Positions 19,066-29,019 of a stretch of DNA of 64,000 bases are shown here, one piece after another. Every line of letters starts with the position of its first letter. Position 1 is the stretch's first letter. Made by a program: the position numbers and the translations under genes. Source of the stretch: Lysobacterales bacterium (lineage in GTDB: Bacteria; Pseudomonadota; Gammaproteobacteria; Xanthomonadales; SZUA-5); contig JALHMH010000003.1 of assembly GCA_022844165.1 (NCBI GenBank), forward strand, positions 184,890 through 248,889. Reading direction: 5' to 3'. The notes below the pieces were generated by a model. It did not search any database, was not told where the DNA came from, and worked only from the letters and a program-made list of their open reading frames with translations.

Positions 19066-19527
19066 TCAAAGCGGAAGGCGAAAACGCCACGCGTCTTCGC
19101 CGTCCTGGTAGTAGTTGCGGCGTTCCCCAAAGCGCTGAAAGCCGAGCGATTCATACAGCGCGATCGCTGCCGTATTGCTCTTTCGTACTTCCAACCGCAG
19201 TTCGCGCGCGCCGCGTTGGCGTGCACCGTCGCTCACGTGCGCCATCAACCAACGCCCAACGCCACGCCCTCGGGCCGAAGCGGCAACAGCAAGTGAATAC
19301 AAGCGCGCCACCGCGTGCCGACGCGAGTAGAACACCAACGCGTAACCCAACACGTTGGCATCGGCTGCTACCCAAAAATCGCTGGATGTGGCGCGCTGGT
19401 GGTGTTTCAATTGCCTGGGCGATAGCTGATCGCTATCAAAGCTGCTCTGTTCGAGCGCAAGAACGGGCGCAACGTCGGCTGTTGTCGCTCGGCGAACCGA
19501 GACTGAATCCTGTGCACGGGTGCGCAT
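19066..19527 (-). CDS. RimI-like GNAT N-acetyltransferase
   Basis: RLYSLAV...RGRGVG, LEVR.SN.AAIALYE.LGF, YYQDGEDA. Confidence 0.85.
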   Translation of the reverse strand: MRTRAQDSVSVRRATTADVAPVLALEQSSFDSDQLSPRQLKHHQRATSSDFWVAADANVLGYALVFYSRRHAVARLYSLAVAASARGRGVGRWLMAHVSDGARQRGARELRLEVRKSNTAAIALYESLGFQRFGERRNYYQDGEDAWRFRLPL

Positions 19528-19646
19528 GTCATCGCTTGTAGGCTTGCCTGCATTCGCGAAGACTACGCGCCGCCGCGCGTGATGCGCGGGGTAGACCATC
19601 AAGATAACGCCTTTATCCGTTCAACCGTCCGAGCTGATCACCCTGA

Positions 19647-21131
19647 ATGAGCCGACTTGTCATCGTTGTCGAAAAAGCGTCGGACTGGGGCAGCTATTCC
19701 CCGTCCGAAAAGGTGGTGCTCGCCAGCGACTATCTAAAAGAGACCATTCGGCCCGATGAAGAACGCACACAGGTCATCAATCTGTGCCGGAATTACAAAT
19801 ACCTGGGCGCTGGTTATTACGTTTCGCTGCTCGCCGAGGCGCGTGGACACAAGGTGATCCCTTCGGTTCGATCGATCAACGATCTGCGCAGACGCTCCCT
19901 GTACAGCCTGGACATCGAGGATCTAAACCAGCGGCTGACGAAGTTCCTGCCGCAAGAAGGCCGCGATACCACCGACTTCGGCATTCTCGTGTACTTTGGC
20001 GAGACCTCCAGCGAGCCGCTCAAAGACCTGGCGCGGCAGGTGTTCGAGGCGTTCCCGTGCCCGATTTTGCGGATCGAGTTCGAGCGCAATCGCGTCTGGC
20101 AGATCGATGCCATCAAACCGGCAGGTTTGCATACCCTGACCGAAGGTCAGGAAGACGGCTTCGCCACCGCACTGGATCGCTTCTCGCGAAAAATCTGGCG
20201 CGGCAAACGTACGCCTAAGAAGTACCGCTACGACATCGCGATGCTGCACGATCCGGCCGAAGCCTGGCCGCCGTCGAACAAGAGAGCACTCAAGGCCTTT
20301 GTCAGCGCCGGCAAAGACCTGGGCATCGACGTGGATCCGATCACGCGAAACGACTACGCGCGGCTCGCCGAATACGACGCGCTGTTCATACGCGAAACCA
20401 CCGCGCTGGATCACCATACCTATCGATTCGCCAACAAGGCGGAGAAAGAAGACATGGTCGTGATCGACGACCCGACGTCCATCCTGCGGTGCACCAACAA
20501 GATTTATCTGTCGGATCTGTTGAAAAGCCGCAAACTGGCGACGCCGCGTACCGAAATTCTGTATCGCGACGAAAGCAAGAAACTCATGGAAATGGCCGAT
20601 CTGCTTGGCTTTCCGTTGGTTCTTAAGGTGCCCGACGGTTCTTTTTCGCGGGGCGTTGTGAAGGTCACGGATGCCGAGTCGCTTAAGCGAGCTGCGGACG
20701 AGTTGTTCCAACATACCGCTCTGGTGCTCGCCCAGGAGTATTTGCCGACCGATTTCGACTGGCGCATCGGTGTCCTCAATCGCGAGCCGCTCTTCGCTTG
20801 CCAGTACTACATGTCTCGTGGCCACTGGCAGATCTACAACCATGCTGCCAAGGGCGAGGCCAGGAGTGGCGACTTCAAGACGTTTCCGATTCGAGAAGTC
20901 CCCAGCGAAATCGTCAAGCTCGCGCTACGCGCCACGCAGCAAATCGGCGATGGCCTTTATGGCGTCGACCTGAAACAGGTCGGCGAGCGCAACGTGATTA
21001 TCGAAGTTAACGACAATCCCAACATCGATTGGGGCATAGAGGACGCGTACTTGGGCGAAGATCTTTATCGCCGCGTCATGGCCGAGTTTGTGCGCCGCCT
21101 GGAGCGCAAACGTCTGGGTGTGGCGGATTGA
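19647..21131 (+). CDS. RimK family ATP-grasp ligase with RLAN N-terminal domain
   Basis: VINLCRNYKYL..GYYVSLLAEARGH (RLAN); LFIRETT, KVPDGSFSRGV, EVNDNP. Confidence 0.88.
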   Translation: MSRLVIVVEKASDWGSYSPSEKVVLASDYLKETIRPDEERTQVINLCRNYKYLGAGYYVSLLAEARGHKVIPSVRSINDLRRRSLYSLDIEDLNQRLTKFLPQEGRDTTDFGILVYFGETSSEPLKDLARQVFEAFPCPILRIEFERNRVWQIDAIKPAGLHTLTEGQEDGFATALDRFSRKIWRGKRTPKKYRYDIAMLHDPAEAWPPSNKRALKAFVSAGKDLGIDVDPITRNDYARLAEYDALFIRETTALDHHTYRFANKAEKEDMVVIDDPTSILRCTNKIYLSDLLKSRKLATPRTEILYRDESKKLMEMADLLGFPLVLKVPDGSFSRGVVKVTDAESLKRAADELFQHTALVLAQEYLPTDFDWRIGVLNREPLFACQYYMSRGHWQIYNHAAKGEARSGDFKTFPIREVPSEIVKLALRATQQIGDGLYGVDLKQVGERNVIIEVNDNPNIDWGIEDAYLGEDLYRRVMAEFVRRLERKRLGVAD

Positions 21132-21133
21132 CG

Positions 21134-21745
21134 CTATTCGAAGCGTGCATGAAGCAGGAACTGGCGGACGAGTTCGGCCACTTTCGCGCTAAACAACAGG
21201 CTCGTGTGGCTGGCAGCGACGATGCGATGATCGCTGATGCCGGGCAGTTCGGTTTCGCGGACCGCAACCGTGCCATCGTTGGGGCGTGGCAACGGCCCAA
21301 GCAGCAGGCTCAGGCCGAAACGGATTCGTCCGGCGACCGAGCCCAGCGGCACGCTCGACGCCCAGTGCGTCAAACCCTCGACGAGGGCCTTTTCGGCGCC
21401 CCCGAGTGTGGCTTTGCCAAGTTTCCAGCGCTGCAGGCGTTGCGCCAATTCGCTGCCGACGAGCGGCGAGCCCAGACACACCAGTCGCGCGATCGGGCGC
21501 TGGGTTCCGAGTACATAGTGCGCCGCGATCAGCCCACCCAGGCTATGGCCGACAATCGACACCGGCGCTTGGGCGTCGGCGACGGCGCTGTCCAGGCGTT
21601 GCAGCATTTCCGTCATCGTGCCGCGCACGCTTGGGTAATCGATTTGCGCAACCTCGAAACCGCTGCCGCGCAAGCGCTGCGCCAGCGCATCGGTCACGCG
21701 CGCACGCATCCAAATGCCGTGCAGCAAGATGACGTTGTGAGTCAC
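21134..21745 (-). CDS. Alpha/beta hydrolase (lipase/esterase-like)
   Basis: LLHG, GHSLGG, LGSP..GS, NDGTV, SH. Confidence 0.85.
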   Translation of the reverse strand: MTHNVILLHGIWMRARVTDALAQRLRGSGFEVAQIDYPSVRGTMTEMLQRLDSAVADAQAPVSIVGHSLGGLIAAHYVLGTQRPIARLVCLGSPLVGSELAQRLQRWKLGKATLGGAEKALVEGLTHWASSVPLGSVAGRIRFGLSLLLGPLPRPNDGTVAVRETELPGISDHRIVAASHTSLLFSAKVAELVRQFLLHARFE

Positions 21746-21765
21746 CTGGCGCCTGCTCGCATCGC

Positions 21766-22383
21766 TCAGTACCTCAAGAGTCGCTTGGGTTTGACCGGCA
21801 GCCGGCCGCGCCAGTATTGGATCAGCACATACCCTGTGGCCAGTCCACCCAGGTGGGCAAAGTGCGCAACGCCGCCACCGCTGGCGAACACGCCCAGCAC
21901 AATTTCAATGGACGCAAATAGCATGACGGCAAATCGTGCCTTCATTGGGATCGGCGGGAACAGCGGCATGATGATCCTGTTCGGAAACATCAAACCGTAA
22001 CCGAGCAAGACGCCGTAGACGCCGCCGGAAATGCCGATTGTAGGTCGCGGATCGCCGCCGAGCATGCCCACGACCAACTGCGTGATGCCAGCGCCGACGA
22101 TGCATACCAAGACAAACAACAAAAAGGCTTGTGACCGCCAAAACCGCTCGAGTTCGCTGCCAAACATCCATAGCGCCAGACAGTTGAAGACAATATGTGC
22201 CGTATCGCCATGCAAAAACCCGTAGGTCAACAACTGCCAGGGTTCGAAGGGCGGCATGCCCGGTTGTGCGCCGGTCGGCCACAAGGCGAAATGCACAAAT
22301 AGCACCTCGCCACCGGCGCCGTTCTGCAAGACGAACCCGATGGCGCATAGCGCCAACAGTGCGAAAGTCACCGGTGTGTTCAA
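21766..22383 (-). CDS. Rhomboid family intramembrane serine protease
   Basis: WQLLTYGFLH, HIVFN, GISG, AHFAHLGG; probable TTG start overlapping the MGMT stop. Confidence 0.88.
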   Translation of the reverse strand: MNTPVTFALLALCAIGFVLQNGAGGEVLFVHFALWPTGAQPGMPPFEPWQLLTYGFLHGDTAHIVFNCLALWMFGSELERFWRSQAFLLFVLVCIVGAGITQLVVGMLGGDPRPTIGISGGVYGVLLGYGLMFPNRIIMPLFPPIPMKARFAVMLFASIEIVLGVFASGGGVAHFAHLGGLATGYVLIQYWRGRLPVKPKRLLRY

Positions 22384-22748
22384 AAGTAGTTGCCCCACAG
22401 TTGTTGATCGAGATCGGATGCCCGTCGCGCAGCGACGATCTGTCCATTGGCGCTGACCGTATGGCCCTCCGACTGCAAGCGCGCCCTTTGTCGGACGAAC
22501 CCGTCGGAATTCCGGGGAAACGCGATGCGATCGCCAGCGCGGACGACGCGATGCCAAGGAACATCGTCGGCGCCCGATTGCGACAAGACTCGGGCAACCA
22601 GGCGCGCGTACTTCGGCAGGCCAACGCGCGCTGCAATCTCGCCGTATGTGGCGATCGCGCCTCTGGGAATACCGCGAATTGCTTCGCGAATCGCCACTTT
22701 TGCTGCGGCGATGGTCGGCTGAACAGCTTTTTTACGCGGCGTTGCCAT
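22380..22748 (-). CDS. Alkyltransferase-like protein (ATL/YbaZ, MGMT family)
   Basis: IPRG..ATYG.IA; PWHRV (Trp replaces the catalytic Cys). Confidence 0.88.
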   Translation of the reverse strand: MATPRKKAVQPTIAAAKVAIREAIRGIPRGAIATYGEIAARVGLPKYARLVARVLSQSGADDVPWHRVVRAGDRIAFPRNSDGFVRQRARLQSEGHTVSANGQIVAARRASDLDQQLWGNYF

Positions 22749-22792
22749 AGGCTGTTAGCATCCTCGTTCCAAGAACAGCGACGACCACCCCC

Positions 22793-23197
22793 GTGCAGAA
22801 TTTCGAGGATATCCGATCGCATCTGGCCGCGCGCCATGCGCTACGGCAGAACCAACCCTTTGTGATCAGCGTCGACTTGCAGTTGCCCGAGGGTCGAATC
22901 CAAAGCATCTTCTTTGCCGATCTGGAAACCGAAGATGATCGTCGTGTACTGCGTGTTTCAACACCTGTGGCGCCGCTGAGGCAACTCCCGGCAGAAAAGT
23001 GCCTGCGCTTCAATTGGGCGCAGCGATCGGGATTTCTGGCCGTTGATGACATGGAAGGCGTCGCGTTTGTCCATTTGTGCGAAAACCGGATGTATGGCTC
23101 GTTGACATCCCGCGAGCTGGACCGCTTGATTCACGAGCTGGGTTCGCTCGCCGATGGCCTGGAGTCGATCGTCTCGCATGGAGCCGATCGCGTCTAA
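22793..23197 (+). CDS. Hypothetical protein, YbjN/T3SS-chaperone-like
   Basis: Small acidic protein; pattern L.FN.....G.LA and C-terminal ADGLE helix; GTG start. Confidence 0.6.
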   Translation: MQNFEDIRSHLAARHALRQNQPFVISVDLQLPEGRIQSIFFADLETEDDRRVLRVSTPVAPLRQLPAEKCLRFNWAQRSGFLAVDDMEGVAFVHLCENRMYGSLTSRELDRLIHELGSLADGLESIVSHGADRV

Positions 23198-23227
23198 TGT
23201 CCCTGGAATTTCAGTTGCACTCTCATC

Positions 23228-24541
23228 ATGTTCGTTGAAATAGGATTGCTGCTCGCGCTGATTCTGCTGAACGGCTTTTTCGCGTTGTCGGAAATGTCCA
23301 TTGTCACCGCGCGCAAGAGCAAACTCAAACAATCGGCCGAAAAACACCGCTCCGCACGCGCAGCCCTGGCCTTGGCCGAACACCCCGAGAACTTCCTCTC
23401 GGCGGTACAGATCGGTATTACGCTGATCGGTGTACTGACTGGGATGCTCGGCGGCGAAGCCATCGGCAGGCGCATCGAGGCGGTACTCGTCAGATTCGAG
23501 TATGTGGCCGACTTTGCCGATGAGCTCGGTCTCGCGCTGGCGGTGTTGATCATTACGTTTGTCAGCATCGTGCTCGGCGAGCTCATACCCAAGCGACTTG
23601 CGCTGCTGGCACCGGAGCGTATCGCTGCTGTCGTAGGCCTGCCTATGACGATCTTCGCCAAGGTGACATTACCCTTTGTCTGGGTCTTGTCGATCGTCAC
23701 GCGCACGTGCTTGCGCCTGCTCGGGGCCAAAAAAGCGGACGAGAGCCGGGTGACGGAAGAAGAGATTCGCTTGTTGGTGGCGGAGAGCGCCGAACAGGGC
23801 GAAATCGAAGATGTCGAGCGCACGCTGATCAATCGCGCGCTGCGGCTGACTGATCGCACCGCCGAGAGCTTGATGACGCCGCGCAATCGTATTGCGTGGC
23901 TTGATGCCGAAGCCAGCCTGGCCGACAATCTGGCGGTCATGCGTACCACGCCGTTTGCCGCCTATCCGGTCATGCGCGGCAGCGACAAAGAAGTGCTCGG
24001 CATTCTGGATGTGAAGGTGCTCATCGACAAGATCGGCACGAGCGGCCAGTTCGATCTCTTCAAGCGCGTCAGCAAATCACTGTTCGTACCGCTGTCGACC
24101 AAAGCCATGACTCTGCTCGAGACTTTTCGCGACAACGACTCTCGTATCGCGTTGGTCGTCGACGAATATGGCGACATCATGGGTCTGATTACGCGCAATG
24201 ATGTACTCAGTGCCGCGATCGGCGCGAGCGTGCATGGACAGGGCAGCGACGAAGAAGCCGACGCGCTGATAGTGCAGCGCGCCGACGGCAGCTATCTGCT
24301 GGACGCTGCGCTGAAGGTCGAAGACCTGCAGGAGTTACTGCATCTGAGCCAGTTGCCGGGCATCGAAGAGCACGAGTATCACTCGTTGGCGGGCATGTTG
24401 ATCGCGATGCTCGGCCATATCCCTCAGGTCGCCGAGACCTACGATTGGGAGGGCTACCGTTTCGAGGTGGTCGACCGCGATGGCGCACGCATCGACAAAG
24501 TGCTGGTCAGCGATCTGGGCGAGATTGCCGCGCAGTCATAG
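23228..24541 (+). CDS. HlyC/CorC (CNNM) family transporter
   Basis: LNGFFALSE, VQIGIT, GELIPK, CBS pair, C-terminal DGARIDKV. Confidence 0.92.
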   Translation: MFVEIGLLLALILLNGFFALSEMSIVTARKSKLKQSAEKHRSARAALALAEHPENFLSAVQIGITLIGVLTGMLGGEAIGRRIEAVLVRFEYVADFADELGLALAVLIITFVSIVLGELIPKRLALLAPERIAAVVGLPMTIFAKVTLPFVWVLSIVTRTCLRLLGAKKADESRVTEEEIRLLVAESAEQGEIEDVERTLINRALRLTDRTAESLMTPRNRIAWLDAEASLADNLAVMRTTPFAAYPVMRGSDKEVLGILDVKVLIDKIGTSGQFDLFKRVSKSLFVPLSTKAMTLLETFRDNDSRIALVVDEYGDIMGLITRNDVLSAAIGASVHGQGSDEEADALIVQRADGSYLLDAALKVEDLQELLHLSQLPGIEEHEYHSLAGMLIAMLGHIPQVAETYDWEGYRFEVVDRDGARIDKVLVSDLGEIAAQS

Positions 24542-24657
24542 ACGCAGTGGCACGGTACGTTGGGACTGAGCAGACGACAACACGGACACTTTTGGCCGAT
24601 GTGTGCTCGCCAGACTCAAGGTAGACTGCGCGGCCATTCGACCGACGGTTTGGTGCG

Positions 24658-25305
24658 ATGTTCGGCCCGTTAAAAACACTGTTGTTCCTCGCGGTGCTCT
24701 GGCTGCCGCTGTCTTTCTTCGTCTGGTTTTATTTTGCGCAGGTGTTTGTTTTGCCCGTCGCGGCGTTGTCATCCGGCATTCTGGAAGCCTGGCTGCCACA
24801 AGTGTTCGTTGGCATGGAGCAGACTCGACACATCATCGAGTTCATCACCACCTTGCCGGTGAAGCCAGAAATGCTGGTTGGGCTCGATACCAGCCAGGGC
24901 ACGCCTGCGGTCGTCGTGCAGGTGAACCCGATGATCTATGGCTATTCGATCCCGGTACTGACGGGTTTAGTGATGGCAACGCCGCTGACCAGCGCTCAAC
25001 GTGCGCTTCAGGTAGGCGCAGGCATCGCGATTTTGACACTCGTGCAGACCTATGGTGCGGTGTTCGATGCGTTGAAGAGCGTCACATTGCAATCTGGCGC
25101 CGAAGGCGTGCGGCTGATCGCGGAAACAGGGCTGTCGCCGAACTTCATCGCATTTGGCTATCAATTCGGCTATCTGGTGCTGCCGGCGATCACCCCGGTG
25201 ATTTTGTGGGTGATGTTCAATCAGGCTTTTATTCAATTGTTGGTGAGCGCACCGGGCAACGAGTTTCCCGATGGGGGAACTGCGGGGTCGGGCGGCGGGT
25301 CTTAG
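24658..25305 (+). CDS. Membrane protein resembling the exosortase H-associated family
   Basis: WLP..F.VW, VNPMIYGYS.P and GYQFGYL.LP..PV.LW motifs recalled for this family. Confidence 0.6.
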   Translation: MFGPLKTLLFLAVLWLPLSFFVWFYFAQVFVLPVAALSSGILEAWLPQVFVGMEQTRHIIEFITTLPVKPEMLVGLDTSQGTPAVVVQVNPMIYGYSIPVLTGLVMATPLTSAQRALQVGAGIAILTLVQTYGAVFDALKSVTLQSGAEGVRLIAETGLSPNFIAFGYQFGYLVLPAITPVILWVMFNQAFIQLLVSAPGNEFPDGGTAGSGGGS

Positions 25306-25485
25306 GCGTGGCTGGCGGTTCGCGGAGGTGATCGACTGCGCTTCTCCGGTTTCTGCCCGTCGGGTTGGCGCACGTTTTGAGAGACTCGCAGTCTGGCACC
25401 TGGATCTTGGAATCTTAAGCTGCAACCGTTGCCCACCATCGCTTCTTCCTCCAACGACTAACTGCGCATCACGAATCCTCACCCA

Positions 25486-27213
25486 ATGACCACCGACCTC
25501 GAAACCCCCGTACTGCCGAGCGGCGCAGAGCTCGATGAGCAGATCTGCCAGTTCCTGCTGCGCAAGGGTCGGCTGAAAGAAACCGATCTGGTTCGTGCGC
25601 GGCGCGTATTCGAGGAGCAGTCGGAAGTACCTCTCGTTGGTTTGCTGACACGTCTGGGGCTGGCTTCAGAGCGTGACGTTGCGGACGCATTGGCTGAGCT
25701 GCTGGATATACCTCAGGTCACGGCTAAGGACGCGCCGGACGTGCCCCCAGCGGGTGTGCAACTGTCGGTGCGGTTCTTGAAGCAGTTCCACGTGGTGCCG
25801 ATCGGCGAGTCGGAATCCTCGATCAGGCTGTTAGTGGCAGATCCACAGGACGACTACGCGCGCGGCGCAGTCCATCTGGCAACCGGCAAGAACATCGAAC
25901 TGGCGGTCGGTCTGCGCAGCGAAATAGACGATTTGATCGAGCGATACTACGGCCAGGGCCGCTCGGCGATGGGCACCATCGTGGAGAACCTCGAAGGCGC
26001 TGAAGGCGGTGGCGAGGACGACGTTGAGCACCTGCGCGATCTGGCGTCCGAGGCGCCGGTGATCCGGCTCGTGAATCTGATCATGCAGCGCGCAGTCGAG
26101 CAGCGTGCGTCCGACATCCACATTGAGCCCTTCGAGAATCGGCTTAAAGTTCGTTATCGCATCGATGGCGTGTTGCATGAAGTGGAATCGCCGCCGGCCA
26201 GTTCCACAGCCGCCGTGATCAGCCGCATCAAGATCATGGCCAAGCTCAACATCGCCGAACGCCGGCTGCCGCAGGATGGCCGCATCATGCTGCGTGTGCA
26301 GGGCAAGGAGCTCGATCTACGCGTCTCGACCGTGCCGACGAGCTATGGCGAGAGCGTGGTGATGCGCATCCTGGACCGCGAAAATGTGGTGCTGGACTTC
26401 AAGGCGTTGGGTTTCACCGACGACTTCCTGCCGAAGTTTTTGCACGTACTCGATATGCCCCACGGCATCATGCTGGTCACCGGCCCGACCGGCTCGGGCA
26501 AAACCACCACGTTGTACACTGCGCTGAGCAAGATCAATACGCCGGACGTCAAGATCATCACGGTTGAGGATCCGGTCGAGTACCAGCTTGAAGGCGTCAA
26601 TCAGATTCAGGTGAAACCTCAGATTGGCCTCGATTTCGCCGGAGCACTGCGCTCGATTGTGCGTCAGGATCCGGACATCATCATGATCGGCGAAATGCGC
26701 GATCTGGAAACCGCAAAAATCGCGATCCAGTCTGCGTTGACCGGGCATTTGGTGCTCTCGACCTTGCACACCAACAACGCCGCAGGTGCCGTGACGCGCC
26801 TTCTCGATATGGGCGTCGATGACTATTTGTTGTGCTCCACCGTCAACGGAGTGCTCGCGCAGCGTCTTGTGCGTCGGCTCGATCGCGAGAGCAGCCAACG
26901 ATATCTGGCGCTGCCCGAAGTGATTCAGGAGCACAAACTACGCAATTACACACGCCACGATCCGATCTATCTGCACCGTCCGGTGGCCAGCGAACGCAGC
27001 GCAACCGGTTATTTGGGGCGCACCACGATCATGGAGTTCCTGACCATGACCGATCCCATCCGTCGTCTCGTGATGCAACATGCTGATCACGGCAAAATTG
27101 AAGCTTTGGCGCGGGAAGAAGGCATGCGCACGATGTACGAGGACGGTATGGCCAAAGCGCTCGCCGGCCTGACCACCATCGAAGAAGTGCTTCGCGTGAC
27201 GCAGGAGTCGTGA
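25486..27213 (+). CDS. gspE: T2SS ATPase
   Basis: ASDIHIEP, Walker A GPTGSGKTT, RQDPDIIMIGEMRD, STLHTN. Confidence 0.95.
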   Translation: MTTDLETPVLPSGAELDEQICQFLLRKGRLKETDLVRARRVFEEQSEVPLVGLLTRLGLASERDVADALAELLDIPQVTAKDAPDVPPAGVQLSVRFLKQFHVVPIGESESSIRLLVADPQDDYARGAVHLATGKNIELAVGLRSEIDDLIERYYGQGRSAMGTIVENLEGAEGGGEDDVEHLRDLASEAPVIRLVNLIMQRAVEQRASDIHIEPFENRLKVRYRIDGVLHEVESPPASSTAAVISRIKIMAKLNIAERRLPQDGRIMLRVQGKELDLRVSTVPTSYGESVVMRILDRENVVLDFKALGFTDDFLPKFLHVLDMPHGIMLVTGPTGSGKTTTLYTALSKINTPDVKIITVEDPVEYQLEGVNQIQVKPQIGLDFAGALRSIVRQDPDIIMIGEMRDLETAKIAIQSALTGHLVLSTLHTNNAAGAVTRLLDMGVDDYLLCSTVNGVLAQRLVRRLDRESSQRYLALPEVIQEHKLRNYTRHDPIYLHRPVASERSATGYLGRTTIMEFLTMTDPIRRLVMQHADHGKIEALAREEGMRTMYEDGMAKALAGLTTIEEVLRVTQES

Positions 27214-27251
27214 TGGGCGTTCGGTTGACGGCATATCGCAGAGAAACGAGT

Positions 27252-27331
27252 GCGGGGCACGGGGCACGGGGCACGGGACACGTGTCGTTGCCGGTGAGGC
27301 CAATGCCCGTTCGAGCAAACCCGTGTCCCGC
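27252..27331. repeat. ACGGGGC heptamer tandem with inverted partner
   Basis: GCGGGGC-ACGGGGC-ACGGGGC-ACGGGAC and CCCGTGTCCCGC (27320) in the gspE-gspF gap. Confidence 0.8.
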
Positions 27332-27367
27332 TTTTGCTGCCGAAGAACTCGTCGGAGCGGCCCCCTG

Positions 27368-28582
27368 ATGCCCGCCTTCCGCTTCAAAGCCGTGGCACCG
27401 AGCGGCGAGACAGTACAAGGTCAGATGGACGCTGCGTCAATCGATGAGGTGATTGCCAAGCTGCACGAGCAGGGCAACCTGCCGCTCGAAGCGGTACCGG
27501 CTGATCAGGCGCAGGGTTTTTCGCTGGCGACGCTGTTTCGTTCCAGCGGCGTCTCACAAAAGGATGTCGCTCAGTTCACGCAACAACTGGCGACTTTGGT
27601 CAGCGCGGGCCTGCCGCTCGATCGTTCGTTGTTGGTACTCGCTGAACTCGCCGAATCACCGCGCCTGAAGCGCTTGGTCGATCGCGTACGCGACGAAGTG
27701 CGCGGCGGCATTTCGCTTTCGGAAGCGCTTGAGCGCCAGCATGGCGTGTTTTCGCGCCTGTACGTGAACATGGTGCGTGCCGGTGAGTTAGGCGGCACGC
27801 TCGATCACACGTTGACGCGCTTGTCGGAGTACCTGGAACGCAACCAGGAGCTCAAATCCAGTGTGGTATCGGCGCTGATTTATCCTTGCATCCTGTTACT
27901 CCTGGCCGGCGGAGCGTTGATCTTCATGCTGGTGTATGTGATCCCGAATTTCATGCCATTGTTCGAGCAGTTAGGCGGCGATCTGCCGCTGCTGACTCAG
28001 ATCGTTTTGGCGATGGCCAGCGTATTGCGCTTCGGTTGGTGGGCGATCATGTTGGTGATTGTCGGCATCGTTGTTTTTTTCCAACGGCAGTTCGCCGATC
28101 CGGTCAGTCGCCTCGTTTGGGACACACGGCTGCTCGATTTGCGCTGGGTTGGCGATTTGCTCACCAAGATCGATACGGCCCGTCTGGCGAGAACCGCTGG
28201 CACCCTGCTGAAGAACGGTGTGCCGCTGCTGTCGGCACTTTCGATCTCAAAGAACGTGCTCGGGAACTCGGCGCTGGCCGAGCAGGTCGAAATCGCCAAT
28301 AAGGAAGTAAAGACCGGCGGCGGTCTGGCGCACGCGCTGGCGGCGAGCAAGCGGTTTCCCAGGCTGGCGCTGCAGATGATCTCGGTCGGCGAGGAAACCG
28401 GGCATCTCGACGACATGTTGCTGCGTGCTGCAGATACCTATGATCGAGAAGTGCGCACCACGATCGACCGGCTGATGGCAGCCTTCGTACCGGTGATGAC
28501 GATCTTGTTGGCAGGTTTCATCGCTGTGATCGTCATTTCGATGGTTTCGGCGATTCTGAGTTTGAACGAATTGGTTGGATAA
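27368..28582 (+). CDS. gspF: T2SS inner membrane protein F
   Basis: FTQQLATLV.AGLPL, MVRAGE.GG.L, second repeat VGEETG. Confidence 0.95.
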   Translation: MPAFRFKAVAPSGETVQGQMDAASIDEVIAKLHEQGNLPLEAVPADQAQGFSLATLFRSSGVSQKDVAQFTQQLATLVSAGLPLDRSLLVLAELAESPRLKRLVDRVRDEVRGGISLSEALERQHGVFSRLYVNMVRAGELGGTLDHTLTRLSEYLERNQELKSSVVSALIYPCILLLLAGGALIFMLVYVIPNFMPLFEQLGGDLPLLTQIVLAMASVLRFGWWAIMLVIVGIVVFFQRQFADPVSRLVWDTRLLDLRWVGDLLTKIDTARLARTAGTLLKNGVPLLSALSISKNVLGNSALAEQVEIANKEVKTGGGLAHALAASKRFPRLALQMISVGEETGHLDDMLLRAADTYDREVRTTIDRLMAAFVPVMTILLAGFIAVIVISMVSAILSLNELVG

Positions 28583-28593
28583 CGGAGTGACAC

Positions 28594-29019
28594 ATGAAAC
28601 GACGCGAATTACGCGCGATGGGACAGGGCGGCTTCAGCTTGATCGAAATGCTGCTGGTGCTGGGCATCATCGCGTTCATTGCGACGATGCTCGCCACTAA
28701 CATCTTCAAGAATCAGGAGTCGGCCAATGTGCGCGCCGCGCAAGCGGGCGTTCGAAAGGTCGCCACAGCTGTCGATCAGTTTTATTTGGATTCGGGCACT
28801 TTGCCTTCGAAGATTGAGGATTTGGCCACGCGGCCGGGCAACGCCACTAATTGGAATGGCCCATACATTAACCAGTCGCAAACGCTCGATCCTTGGAAAA
28901 ACGCTTATGTGTTGAAGGTGCCCGGTGAAGGCGGACAGCCCTATGCGGTGATTTCGCTCGGAGCCGACAAAGCGCCCGGCGGCAAAGATAACGCTGCGGA
29001 TATCGACAATAACCAGTGA
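28594..29019 (+). CDS. gspG: Major pseudopilin
   Basis: G/FSLIEM cleavage motif, NWNGPY, DPW, SLGAD..PGG. Confidence 0.93.
   Translation: MKRRELRAMGQGGFSLIEMLLVLGIIAFIATMLATNIFKNQESANVRAAQAGVRKVATAVDQFYLDSGTLPSKIEDLATRPGNATNWNGPYINQSQTLDPWKNAYVLKVPGEGGQPYAVISLGADKAPGGKDNAADIDNNQ

Noticed and set aside
24545-25410. Sigma54-like TGGCAC/TGGCGC boxes upstream of the membrane protein gene and gspE
   Set aside because: No correctly spaced TTGC -12 element
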